Notes: generated by a model not told the origin, from the letters alone. A DNA stretch of 55,793 nucleotides from Coleofasciculus sp. B1-GNL1-01 (GCA_040220235.1 JAVJTO010000172.1), one strand, 5' to 3'. Counted from the first letter of the stretch, positions 10,711 to 20,685 are shown. Translations and numbers: made by a program.

Positions 10711-10804
10711 ACTCAACACTCACCCACCTAGGGGATGTTAAGTTTTGATAACGTTGGGCATCCTGTTGATGGAAGCCGATCACTCTTAGCTATGAAATCT
10801 TGAA

Positions 10805-10907
10805 TAAGCTGTTCGGCATTTAAACCTTAATATCAATAACGGCGAAAGCCTTGTAGTGCGAGCATCTTGCTCGCTACTAATACCCAATTTAAATGCATGA
10901 CAGCTTA
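10805..10907. mobile_element. About 100-bp MITE (TAAGCTGTTCGGCATTTAAA...TTTAAATGCATGACAGCTTA)
   Basis: TIRs visible; near-identical to 3903-4005; internal GTAGTGCGAGCATCTTGCTCGCTAC palindrome. Confidence 0.85.
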
Positions 10908-10930
10908 TTAGTTACGGTGAAGATTTAATT

Positions 10931-13153
10931 TTGTCCATATTTCCTGGGAATCCGCAGCGTTTCTGGCGATACCTGATCACAGTTGCTCTAGTGGCGATCG
11001 CTTATATGGGTAGCGCTCAGTTTACCTTGTCTTGGCTGGGATTGGGCGCTGAGGCATCTCCTGTTTGGCCCAGTGCGGGGATTGCTCTAGCTGTCCTTTT
11101 TTTGCAGGGAAAACGACTGTGGGTTGGTGTGGCGATTGGTGCATTTTGGCTCAATCTGTCTCTGGGAGCCTCATTTTTGGTGTCTCTGGGTTCGGTAATC
11201 GGCTGCACGTTACAAGCTGTTGTCGGTGCGATGGGATTACGTCGCCTGGATTTTAACCCGACGTTAGAATGCCTTAAAGATGCTTATGTTCTAATTATCT
11301 TCGGCGCGATCATTGCCCCCTCAATTAACGCCACGATTAGTACGCTAGTGAATTGCTGGGTAGGTTTCATTCCATGGCATCAATTTGGACTGAATTGGGG
11401 AACCCTTTGGTTAGGAGACAGTATGGGAATCTTAGTGTTTACCCCCTTACTGCTATTAATGGTTCAGGACTCTCCTCAGCGAATTTTTCCGCCAAATTAT
11501 CAACCCCAACAGATTTTAGAAGCCGTCCTGTGCTGGAGTCTACTGGGCGTATTTAGTTGGCTAGTTTTCCAGTCTCGAACTACCTTTGCTCTCTCCGACT
11601 ATCCCCTCGAATATTTACCCTTTCCCTTTGTTGTTTGGGCGGCGCTGCGATTTCGGGTGTGGGGTGCGGTTCTTGCCAGTTTAATCGTTTCGGGAATGGC
11701 AATTGGCGGTGTTCTCCAGGGGATTGGACCGTTTGTGGTGAAAACGGGAAGTACCCTAGGGGCAATTCTACTGCTACAAACGTTTATGGCAGTGGTAACC
11801 ATAACCGCTTTAGTTTTAGCCGCCGCTATGTCAGAGCGTCAACAGGCAGAACATCAACTCCGGGCTACCTTAGAACGTGATCGCTTGTTAGCGGAGATTG
11901 CCCTGCGGATTCGTCAATCCTTGGATTTAGACCAAATTTTGCACACCACTGTTGTGGAAGTGCGGCAATTATTACAGGCAGATCGTGTCTATATTAGTTA
12001 TCTAGATGAAAATAACCACAGTAAAATTGCTGCCGAATCTGTTGCCTCTGCTTATAAATCTCTGTTGGGATGGAAAGCCTCAGAGAAACTGTTACAAGAA
12101 ACCCAAGAATTATTTGCCCAGCGTCAAATTTTAATCCGGGATAATACGGAACGGGTTAATGTAACGCCCTATCTCAAAGACTTTTATCGGTGCTACCAGA
12201 TTAAAGCGACTCTGGCAATTCCATTAATTCTCGATGATCAACTATTTGGACTCTTGGCAGTTCATCAATGCCACCGTTCCCGTCATTGGCAATCCTTTGA
12301 GGTGGATTGGTTAAGACGATTAGCGGTTCAAGTCACTATTGCCATTCAACAAGCTCAACTTTACCAACAAGTCCAAGGGCTTAATAGTAACCTAGAAAGC
12401 CAAGTGGCGGAACGTACCCTGCAACTTGAGGAAAAAATGCAGGAATTGCAACGGCTTTACGAACTCAAAGATGTGTTTTTACAAGCAGTATCCCATGATC
12501 TACGAACGTCAATGATGGGCTTAATTCTGATGTTGAAGGGAACCCAAAATAGCCCTGGTGAAACCGTTGCCTTGCCACGCCGAACTCTGGATCGGCTGAT
12601 TGAAAATAGCGATCGCCAATTGACGTTAATCAATGCCTTATCTGAAGACCATTTTAACCAAGGGCGGAAAATTGAACTCCACTGTCAACCTTTATGCTTA
12701 AATGAACTCCTCAGCCAAATCCTGGCTGATTTGCAGCCGTTATTCAGCAGTAACCACGCTCAATTAACGACGGTTATTCCCCAAACCTTACCCCCGGTGA
12801 AAGCTGATCCGACTCAACTGCGATGTGTGTTTCATCATCTATTGACGAATGCCCTTAAACACAATCTACCGGGGGTTAAGATTACGCTGACAGTAAGGGT
12901 TGAGAGGGATATGCTTCATTGTGCGATCGCGGATAATGGGGTAGGGATGAGCAAACAGCAGTGCGATCGGCTGTTTAAGCTTTATGTTCGGGGATTGCAC
13001 TCTCAACACTTAACCGGAATTGGTTTAGGCTTATATTTATGTCGGCAAATTATTAATGCTCACGGGGGACAAATTAGTGTTACCAGTGTGCCAACACAAG
13101 GATCAACTTTTAACTTTTCGCTTCCTTTATTGAGTCATAGCAAGTCAGATTAA
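10931..13153 (+). CDS. MASE1-GAF sensor histidine kinase
   Basis: MASE1 motifs (PVWPSAGIA, WLGDSMGIL, PFVVWAALRF); GAF; H-box SHDLRT; N, G1 (DNGVG) and G2 (GIGLGL) boxes. Confidence 0.92.
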   Translation: MSIFPGNPQRFWRYLITVALVAIAYMGSAQFTLSWLGLGAEASPVWPSAGIALAVLFLQGKRLWVGVAIGAFWLNLSLGASFLVSLGSVIGCTLQAVVGAMGLRRLDFNPTLECLKDAYVLIIFGAIIAPSINATISTLVNCWVGFIPWHQFGLNWGTLWLGDSMGILVFTPLLLLMVQDSPQRIFPPNYQPQQILEAVLCWSLLGVFSWLVFQSRTTFALSDYPLEYLPFPFVVWAALRFRVWGAVLASLIVSGMAIGGVLQGIGPFVVKTGSTLGAILLLQTFMAVVTITALVLAAAMSERQQAEHQLRATLERDRLLAEIALRIRQSLDLDQILHTTVVEVRQLLQADRVYISYLDENNHSKIAAESVASAYKSLLGWKASEKLLQETQELFAQRQILIRDNTERVNVTPYLKDFYRCYQIKATLAIPLILDDQLFGLLAVHQCHRSRHWQSFEVDWLRRLAVQVTIAIQQAQLYQQVQGLNSNLESQVAERTLQLEEKMQELQRLYELKDVFLQAVSHDLRTSMMGLILMLKGTQNSPGETVALPRRTLDRLIENSDRQLTLINALSEDHFNQGRKIELHCQPLCLNELLSQILADLQPLFSSNHAQLTTVIPQTLPPVKADPTQLRCVFHHLLTNALKHNLPGVKITLTVRVERDMLHCAIADNGVGMSKQQCDRLFKLYVRGLHSQHLTGIGLGLYLCRQIINAHGGQISVTSVPTQGSTFNFSLPLLSHSKSD

Positions 13154-13273
13154 CACGTTAAACCGCAAAACAGCTTACAGGCTGGATGCATGTAGTTTTG
13201 TAAAAAATGGAATCTTTTTTTGACAAGATGGCTGAAGAACCGATTTTATTATCACCCTAAGTCCGGGAGAGCC

Positions 13274-13515
13274 AAATTGGGGAGATGCCGATTATTCTGC
13301 ATCGCCCTATTCCAGAGGGTTTCAAGCTGAAAACTTGCACCATTGTTCACAAGGCTGACGGCTGGTACGCTTGCATCTCGATGGAAGAGGCTACAGTTCC
13401 AGAACTTCTACCTTACTCAGCCCGTGAAGCGCGAACTTCTAGGATACGAGGAACTCAACTCTCTCTATTTTAGAAGCCCCCGTTATAGCGTCAGCTTAAC
13501 GGGGGAAAACGTCAC
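13274..13515 (+). pseudogene. tnpB: Internally deleted IS200/IS605 tnpB remnant retaining its right-end hairpin
   Basis: IGEMPIILHRPIPEGFKLKTCTIVHKADGWYACIS matches the TnpB central region. Hairpin CCCCCGTTA..TAACGGGGG followed by GTCAC at 13511-13515. Confidence 0.75.
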
Positions 13516-13541
13516 AATGGAATATAGCGTTTTCATTTGAA

Positions 13542-13733
13542 TTGTTACCCATGAACATCCCCACTGCCCTAGTCAATGAACTAAAGCTCTACCTCAAACA
13601 CCGAACCGACAATGGTGATCTAGAAGCGAAAACCTTATTGACTCAAATCGAACAGTTTACGAACTCACCCACAGCCGCAGAGGAACAAGGCTTCTATTCC
13701 CAACCGCCAGAGGGATTAGAGGTAGGATGTTAA
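13542..13733 (+). CDS. Small hypothetical protein (likely ATG at 13551)
   Basis: Plausible helical 60-aa ORF lying between two transposon right ends. Confidence 0.55.
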   Translation: MLPMNIPTALVNELKLYLKHRTDNGDLEAKTLLTQIEQFTNSPTAAEEQGFYSQPPEGLEVGC

Positions 13734-13740
13734 TAGTGTC

Positions 13741-13993
13741 TTGACACTCACCGCCCTATAAGGACGGTGATTCTTCCGTCACAGGGAGGCAGAGTTTAAC
13801 GTCTTCCAGGACGAAACCTTTACCCTCAGAAAGCATCTTGACCGTGTACCCCACGGCTGCAAGTCCTCTTATACGGACTGTCTGTGCTGCGGCTACATCT
13901 CTATCAGTGGTATAGCCGCAGTGATTACATGAATGGACACGCTCTGATAGTGGTTTTTTACCCGTTTTTGTTAAGCAATTAGGACAAAAATAG
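13741..13993 (-). pseudogene. tnpB: tnpB 3' fragment (Zn ribbon, RuvC-III) and right end
   Basis: CPNC...LSERVHSCNHCGYTTDRDVAAA motif. Right-end hairpin at 13748-13770, ending TCAA (minus strand) at 13741. Confidence 0.88.
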
Positions 13994-14148
13994 GGGAGCA
14001 TGTCAGGTTTGCACGCGAGGAGCTGAAGGGGAGGAATGAAAACAACAGAAAAAGTTAGCCGAGAGTATCCGTTAACTTGAATGGCGAACCTTGTCGGGAC
14101 TTCATTGTAGGTAGTGTTAAGCTGATGGGTTGGTGATCGCGCCACTAG

Positions 14149-15493
14149 AGCGCCAGTCCAGTAATCACGATGGGGGTAAAGCATAAGAAAATAGATTGAC
14201 ACAACAGTTGTGAGCCGTCTAATTGTGTGAAGTTTTACAAAGTATGTCTCATTTAAGTCGAACTTCAAAAACTAAATATATCTATCGCTGTGATATCTAC
14301 CTGTAGAATTTTCTGGTATGAAGGAGTGATATCATGTCTGGTGAAGCACCGATAAGAAAAAAGGCGGAAACGCTCGCCGACATAGCATGGTAGTAAAGGG
14401 CAATAGTCAGGAAATAGGATGACTTGCTGGGGACGCTTTCAAAGTGCGATCGCGAGTAGGATTATTTAGCCGTTGCTCGATCGCGTAGATTTTATGGTTG
14501 TGATGAATATTGATTGGTGGTAGCGTTCCCCCAATTGGGTGTCAAATGTCTTGCCAAGGTAAGCCTCCCCTCCCCTGAAAGTGGCGAGCCAGGACATGAA
14601 GGTTGTTGACAACGGCGGCACGTCGTAAGTCAAACAGGTTCTTGCGTAAACCAATATAGCGAGCGCGATTGCCAAGCCATGGTCCCAGATGTGCCAAGGA
14701 ATGTTCAACTGCCGTGCGCTCTCGATTCTTAGCTCGTCCCAAGGGAGTTAATTGGCGTGTTCGTAACTCAAACAGCAAGGGTTCATCGGGATGAATCTTG
14801 ACACTACGACCTCGCTGATTAGTAGTACAACGCTCTCGTAAAGGACAAACAGCACAATCAGATGCTGGGAAATGTACGGTTTTGCCCAGTTTTAGTGGTA
14901 CACTGATTTGGTTGGGACAGCTCAGGGTTCCCTGTTGCCAATCTAAAGCAAAAGCACTTTTGCTGAAACGCCCACCTCGATTGCGTACAGACCAAGCTTT
15001 GCAGTAGATGTTTAATTCCTCTTGTCGTTTACGTACTAATTTAGCGCTCAGGTAAGCTCGGTCAATATGCAACTCCACCAACTTGACCTGCTGCGCGACC
15101 AGATCGGCGCTAATCGCATCACTCACCCAAGCTTCTGGAACATTGGTAAGATAACGACTAAAGCTAACTGGGCTGGCGGGACAGGTGGATGTCCTTTGGA
15201 GCTGTCGGTATAAATTTTGGCTAATTCCTTTTGGAATTGTTCGTCAAATAAGCGGTGACGTATTTGGCGTAAAAAGATGAATAGTTTGGCGCGACGGATA
15301 CGGGAAACAATCCCAAGTTCTACGGCAGACAATTCTATCGGCGGACGCCACAGTGGTGGATGCATTCGTTTTCTTCTTGCTCAACTTAAATGAGAAACTC
15401 TTTGTAAAACTTCACACAATCAGACGACTCACAACTGTTGTGTCAATCCATTTTCTCATGCTTTACCCTCATCGTGATTACTGGGCCGGCGCT
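14149..15493 (-). mobile_element. IS1182-family remnant with about 113-bp imperfect inverted ends, flanked by CTAG
   Basis: 14149-14261 is an inverted match to 15381-15493. CTAG at 14145-14148 and 15494-15497. Confidence 0.8.
14542..15365 (-). pseudogene. IS1182-family transposase with large internal deletion (N-terminal fragment 15123-15365, C-terminal fragment 14542-15126)
   Basis: PPLWRPPIELS...KLFIFLRQIRHRLFD N-terminus; CxxCPLRERCT and RERTAVEHSLAH...ARYIGLRKN C-terminus; middle missing. Confidence 0.8.
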
Positions 15494-15665
15494 CTAGGCG
15501 TCAAGAAGCGAAAAGCCATGTCAGGAGTTGATTGTAGCGTCAAGTTAATGGGTGTGCGATCGCAAAGAGAGCCAAACAAGTTTTAACTTGTCGGCTGAAG
15601 ATGAGAGTGACAATCATGGCGATTATGAGGGACAATAAGACTATCCTCATAGATCTGACTTTCCG

Positions 15666-16724
15666 ATGACACCTGAAAAAGAGCAAGCTTTAAAAGATTA
15701 TATCAAAGGGATTGCCCAAATCCTTTATGAAGAAACATCACCTGAGCAGTGTAAGGACGCGAGAAAGTATTGAAGCAACTGTACATCATCAGGTAAACGA
15801 ATATGTCAGTCCACAAATCGGATTTTTTTTATCCAACAAGCAACTGGAATCCGTGCCGGAAGAATCCGGACATTGAAAAGTTGGATAGGAGAACTCCAGA
15901 TGACAGACAAACAAGCTAAAAGATTAGGAGTTAAACCTTACACACAAATCAGTCCCTATCTGGAAAAATGTTGTTTGATAGTCAGCGCTAATGTCTCCTA
16001 TCAAAATACCACAAAGGATGTCAAATACTTGACAGGAATTGACATCTCATCCAAGACGCAGCAGCGAATAGTACATCGACAAGAATTCAAGTTGCCCATT
16101 CAAGATAAACCGATTCAAGAATTGAGCGTGGATGGGGGAAAAATTCGTTTAAGAACACCACCATCTGAACCTTGTATCTGGCGAGATTACAAAGGTATAA
16201 GGATTCATGAACAAGTAACAGAAGCTTTCTTTCAAGATTCTCAAAGTTTAGTGAACTGGGTGAATGAACAACCATTAGCATCGCCAGTTACTTGCATTGG
16301 GGATGGACACGATGGGATTTGGAAGATTATCCATCAAATTAGTGACTCAAAGACTCGAAGAGAAATTTTAGATTGGTTTCATTTGAAAGAAAATCTGTAT
16401 AAATTTGGTTGCTCTAAAAAACGATTAAAGAAAGCCGAAGCTCTTTTGTGGAAAGGGAAAGTTAAGGAAACGATTGAATTATTTGTTGGGTTGAGCGCCA
16501 AGCAAGCTGGAAATTTTTGTGACTATATAAAAAAGCATCGTTATCGCATTATTAATTACTCCTATTATTCGTCAGAACAAATTTGCTCGGTGGCATCGGG
16601 GGCAGTCGAGTCAGCCGTCAAACAAATTGATCGGCGTACAAAAATTAGTGGAGCGCAGTGGAATCAGGAGAATGTGCCTCAAGTTTTAGCTCATCGCTGC
16701 GCTTATCTGAATAATATGATTTAA
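15666..16724 (+). pseudogene. ISKra4-family transposase (two-frame arrangement at the T-run near 15823-15830, plus an apparent extra 1-bp frameshift near 15750)
   Basis: MTPEKEQALKDYIKGIAQILYEET start; SVDGGKIRLRT, GDGHDGIW, ILDWFHLKENL and SGAVESAVKQI DDE motifs. Confidence 0.8.
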
Positions 16725-17012
16725 AGCTGTATCACGTTTTTTGCCGCCAAAAACAGAAATATTCTAGTCATACATAAGTTATGACTTTCCGGGTAACGGT
16801 TAATTTAAAAGCCGTCAATCTTTGTGTGTCTATAAAAACTAGAAGAGTAACAATAAGCCTTTCCTTCGTGCTTGGCTGGGGTGGTCAGATTGAATTAAAA
16901 ACGCCAAAAAAACAAAAGATTAAGAATGAGTTAACAGACACTCTTGACTAACTTTTTCTGTTGTTTTCATTCCTCCTCTTCAGCTCCTCGCGTGCAAACC
17001 TGACATGCTCCC

Positions 17013-17155
17013 AAAAATAGTTTGTCTTTTTAGCATCTACTTTCCGGAAAAATACACCACGCTTAAAACAGCATTGCTCTAGTATTCGCAGGAATTGACC
17101 CCACCCAGCGTCTAAGCAATGCTTACCTAGCATCCCTTTAGCTAATGCTTTGAGC
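17013..17155 (-). pseudogene. tnpB: tnpB fragment upstream of the insertion (contiguous with 13741-13993 once the insert is removed)
   Basis: KALAKGMLGKHCLDAGWGQFLRILEQCCFKRGVFFRKVDAKKTNYF joins in frame to CPNC across the TSD. Confidence 0.85.
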
Positions 17156-17586
17156 CCAGACTCCGCACTTCAATTTGAAGTACAAGAAGCTACATATCCA
17201 ATCAAGGGAAAAAGTCTGAAAAATTGGCTCTCCCGTACATAAGGTGATAAATTTTCCTTATATGTGTAGCGATTGGCTTGATTTGAAGAAAACCTAGCTT
17301 AATCGCTTAATTAGTTGGGTTTCCTTCGTCAACCCACCCTACAAGCATTACACCGTGGGACTTTGGGGACTTGCGGCTTAATAATATACCAATCAAGCTT
17401 GGCTGAGTTGATGAAGACAGCTTTCCTCACTGGTACTTTATTTTTACGCAGCTCCCTTGGCTTAATTCATAAGACTTTATTATCACCCTAAACGCCACTA
17501 CGGTCGAATTGAGGATAAACCACAGCGCGATCGCGTTAGGGTTGGATTGATGGGAGAAAGTGCGATCACCCTTCTTATATTCGCAC

Positions 17587-19809
17587 TTATGTAATCAAAT
17601 TAATCACATGACCTGAGCGTGACCGATTACTATGCCAAGAACAGATTAGACCCAAAGGACCGGGGTCAATGAGAGTTAAAGGCGAGCTTCGCATCCAATT
17701 CTGCCCCTGACGCCGTAATTCAAATAGCTGTACCGCCCCTAAATACTTTACTCCAGGAACGCTTTGCAATAAGGTAACAATATCCGATGAATAAACTGGG
17801 CGACCAAACGACCACCCGTTCCCCTCTGACCCCCCAGTTAAAGGATTGAGAAAGCGATAGAGTGCGGTTTGTAGTTTCAATAGTATTTCTTGTTGGGCAC
17901 GGGGATTATTGTAAGCTGCATCGAGAGCAACTTCTGTTTGTACCGCAACCCCAACGTAATCGGGTTGGCTACAGAGGATTTCTACACCGAGTAACCGTCG
18001 TTCATCAAGATAACTCAGCACTCGTTCAGTGAGTTGCGGGGTTAGCGTTAATACATCTGGATCAATGCCTTCACCGCGCTCAATCCCATCCGTATTGGCG
18101 TTGGGTACAAGCAGCAGACGTACTCGTCCGGCGTCTTCTTGGCGAATGGGTGATAAGCATAACACGCGAGAAATAGAGCCGCCTCCGGCTTCCATGGCTA
18201 GGTATTCAAAGTCTTCGCGAGTGACGGCGCGATCGCGGGTTCTTAGGAGTCGTGGTACTCGGATCACGGCTTGTTCTAAGGATTCCGCATCAGCGCCATT
18301 CCGGGCGGGAGAATAGTTAATTACGTTCGCCACATAAGGAACAGCCGATTTGAGGACTTGAATCGCGCCCCGTTGCACGTTACCCTGTTGACCACCCCCA
18401 ATGCGATAGGCAGCCATTTGGATCACCGCACCTCTAGGGGGAACTGCGCCATATTGACGTTCCATCGACTGCATCGCTGCGCCCTCCCGTCGTTCTAACG
18501 CGCCAGTTCGACCATTGACTAAACTGAGCATTTCCGAGGGGACTCTCTGAGAACGGGAACGCCACCGCGTTTGTTCTCGCAGTTGAGAGGGTTCTCGTAA
18601 TAGGGGACCAAATTGAATGATGCCAGTAATCGCATCAATGGTATAGTGCAGGTCTTCTGGACCTGAGTCAGCAAAATCATTGACTTCTTGCCAGATTTGG
18701 GGTAAACCTCCAGGCGGAATCACCAAAATATGTTCTTCTTCCCGACGGGGCAAAATTCCCCGTCCTTGCAGTTGAAAGGTTTGACCGGGATTTCCATCAC
18801 TTTCGCCGAGGATTTCATTACGAATTGTCGTACATTGGGTGACTTCAACAGTACCGCCAATCGACCGAACATCTAAACCAACGATGCGCGGGGAACGCAT
18901 ATAACCGGGTTGATTGAACTGAGGTTCGCTGTAAACACAGCGTAACCAACGTCCCTGATAGGTAACAAATTGAGTAACGGGTAAACGCAGGGGTAAATGG
19001 AGGACAACATCCGCCCCTTGTAATGGATCACCCCCTTGACGGATCAGTTCGCTGAAACTAAATCCTTTGGTACTATCATCCGCTTCTTGGAGGAGGATGG
19101 GTTGCCAAAACATACCATTCCAGGCTTGCCAAAGGCGAGGGGGATCTTCGGGATTAATCCCGGTAGAGGTTGCGGCTTCACCCCTAATTCGCAGGGCGAT
19201 AACATTGCCTTCGATGGGTTGATCGGCTTCAAAGACAAGATAAAAGCAATTTCCGGCTTCAGGTTGTTCATTAAAAATCGATAACTCCAACCCTTCCCAC
19301 TCCCCACTGGGTTGCTGAGTCCACGTTCCCACGAAGCGATCGCGCAGCACTTGGGGTTCCTCTTCAGCAATATCCGAGGTGAGAAAATGGCGGATACTGG
19401 GTTTAGCAATCACTAGAGGGCGATCGGTGCTAAAAATAATCGCATCGTCGGTTTGAGTGCGTACCGTCGCCACTTCGGTTCCTGTGGGAATCGTGTAGGC
19501 TTCGGGGAGAGATGAACTCAGATAAAATGTTTGCTGGGTTTGAGCCGGGGTTGGTGCTTGCAGGCGAATCCCCAGTAATTCCAGAAAGGTAACATAGTTA
19601 CGCCGGGGGACTTGATTGAACCGCAGCAACATTTGGTCAGTTAACCAGGCGAACAGTTCAATCAGCGTGATTCCTGGATCACTGGGGTTGTAATTCGTCC
19701 ATTCTGGACAGTAGCGGGGAATGCGGAGGATACACTCTTCTACTAAATCCTGAAATGCGCGATCGTCTAAATCAGATTTTGGTAACTTGGGTAAAAAATC
19801 AAATTCCAT
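17587..19809 (-). CDS. CIS baseplate assembly protein (baseplate J / Afp11-like)
   Basis: LDDRAFQDLV...RIPRYCPEWTNYNPSDPGITLIELFAW N-terminus; RDRAVTREDFE; LDERRLLG; FLNPLTGG..G.GW.FGR. Confidence 0.92.
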   Translation of the reverse strand: MEFDFLPKLPKSDLDDRAFQDLVEECILRIPRYCPEWTNYNPSDPGITLIELFAWLTDQMLLRFNQVPRRNYVTFLELLGIRLQAPTPAQTQQTFYLSSSLPEAYTIPTGTEVATVRTQTDDAIIFSTDRPLVIAKPSIRHFLTSDIAEEEPQVLRDRFVGTWTQQPSGEWEGLELSIFNEQPEAGNCFYLVFEADQPIEGNVIALRIRGEAATSTGINPEDPPRLWQAWNGMFWQPILLQEADDSTKGFSFSELIRQGGDPLQGADVVLHLPLRLPVTQFVTYQGRWLRCVYSEPQFNQPGYMRSPRIVGLDVRSIGGTVEVTQCTTIRNEILGESDGNPGQTFQLQGRGILPRREEEHILVIPPGGLPQIWQEVNDFADSGPEDLHYTIDAITGIIQFGPLLREPSQLREQTRWRSRSQRVPSEMLSLVNGRTGALERREGAAMQSMERQYGAVPPRGAVIQMAAYRIGGGQQGNVQRGAIQVLKSAVPYVANVINYSPARNGADAESLEQAVIRVPRLLRTRDRAVTREDFEYLAMEAGGGSISRVLCLSPIRQEDAGRVRLLLVPNANTDGIERGEGIDPDVLTLTPQLTERVLSYLDERRLLGVEILCSQPDYVGVAVQTEVALDAAYNNPRAQQEILLKLQTALYRFLNPLTGGSEGNGWSFGRPVYSSDIVTLLQSVPGVKYLGAVQLFELRRQGQNWMRSSPLTLIDPGPLGLICSWHSNRSRSGHVINLIT

Positions 19810-19917
19810 AATTTGTCATTCGTTGGTTGTAACTCTTCCTCCCCAGCTCCCTCAGCTCCCCCAGCTTCCCCTGCTTCCCCTGCTCCCTATCCCCAGCACA
19901 AATTCAGCAGATCCTAG

Positions 19918-20334
19918 TTACTCCCCAGAGGGCTGGAGATAGAACGGATAAACTAAACTGCGAGTATCATGGGAGTCTTTAGGATGATATTCAATAATAA
20001 TATTGACGCGACCGCGGATGGGGTCCGGTTCTGTATAAACGCCATCCAGTACAATTCGAGGTTCCCACATTTTCAGGGCTTCCTCAACATAGACTCGAAT
20101 CAGCAAAAGGGTTTGGGTATTCATTGGCGCAAAGGCGAGTTCAGACAGGCGCGACCCAAAATTTGGTCGGTAAACCCGTTCACCTACCTTAGTACCCAAG
20201 ATTAGCGCGATCGCTTCTTCGATGTTTCGGATGTCGGCGCTGAGTTGTAGGCTTCCTTGCAGGTTTCCCCGTAACGGAAATGATAGTCCTCTACCCAGAT
20301 AATCTCGTGGCTGGTTATTTGTAATATCTGCCAT
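19918..20334 (-). CDS. GPW/gp25 family baseplate protein (Afp9-like)
   Basis: LGRGLSFP, ILGTKVGERVYRPNFGSRL, WEPRI and LVYPFYL motifs. Confidence 0.92.
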   Translation of the reverse strand: MADITNNQPRDYLGRGLSFPLRGNLQGSLQLSADIRNIEEAIALILGTKVGERVYRPNFGSRLSELAFAPMNTQTLLLIRVYVEEALKMWEPRIVLDGVYTEPDPIRGRVNIIIEYHPKDSHDTRSLVYPFYLQPSGE

Positions 20335-20466
20335 TTCTATAAATTTAGTCTATTAGGATAAGTGCGACTTTCCTAGAACGTTCTTTGATGTAACCTCAAT
20401 TAATGGTCAGAAAATCTCAAGAGTCAATTTCTATTGTACGGGCAGCTTTAGTTATTCAGAACAGCT

Positions 20467-20575
20467 TAACTGTTTCGGCATTTAAACATTTAATCCTAAT
20501 GTCAAGAATGGCAAAATCCTTGTAGGGTGAGCATCTTGCTCACTACCTAGACACAATTTAAAGGCATGGCAGCTT
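20467..20575. mobile_element. Diverged copy of the 100-bp MITE inside the CIS cluster
   Basis: CTGTTTCGGCATTTAAA...GAGCATCTTGCTC...TTTAAAGGCATGGCAGCTT. Confidence 0.7.
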
Positions 20576-20685
20576 CGGAAAACTCAATAAGTAGGATTTG
20601 AATAGAATACAGCCTTTTCCGTGAACCTCAGTCTATCTATACCCCTACTTATGAGCTTTACTTCTGTATAACTCCTATTGCTGTT

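Larger units (their letters stand above)
13994..17012 (+). mobile_element. ISKra4-family element, 3019 bp, 65-bp TIRs, 8-bp target duplication AAAAATAG
   Basis: 13994-14058 matches the reverse complement of 16948-17012 at 64/65. AAAAATAG at 13986-13993 and 17013-17020. Confidence 0.9.

Noticed and set aside
11880..12370. GAF of the first MASE1 kinase as a photoreceptor
   Set aside because: It lacks the canonical CH cysteine (reads TPYLKDFY) and the DXCF motif.
13756..14268. 170-aa ORF as a novel Zn-finger protein
   Set aside because: It is a chimeric read-through of IS1182 end, ISKra4 TIR and tnpB 3' fragment.
15353..15586. 77-aa ORF similar to the N-terminus of 13756-14268
   Set aside because: The similarity comes from the inverted DNA repeat, not from a protein family.
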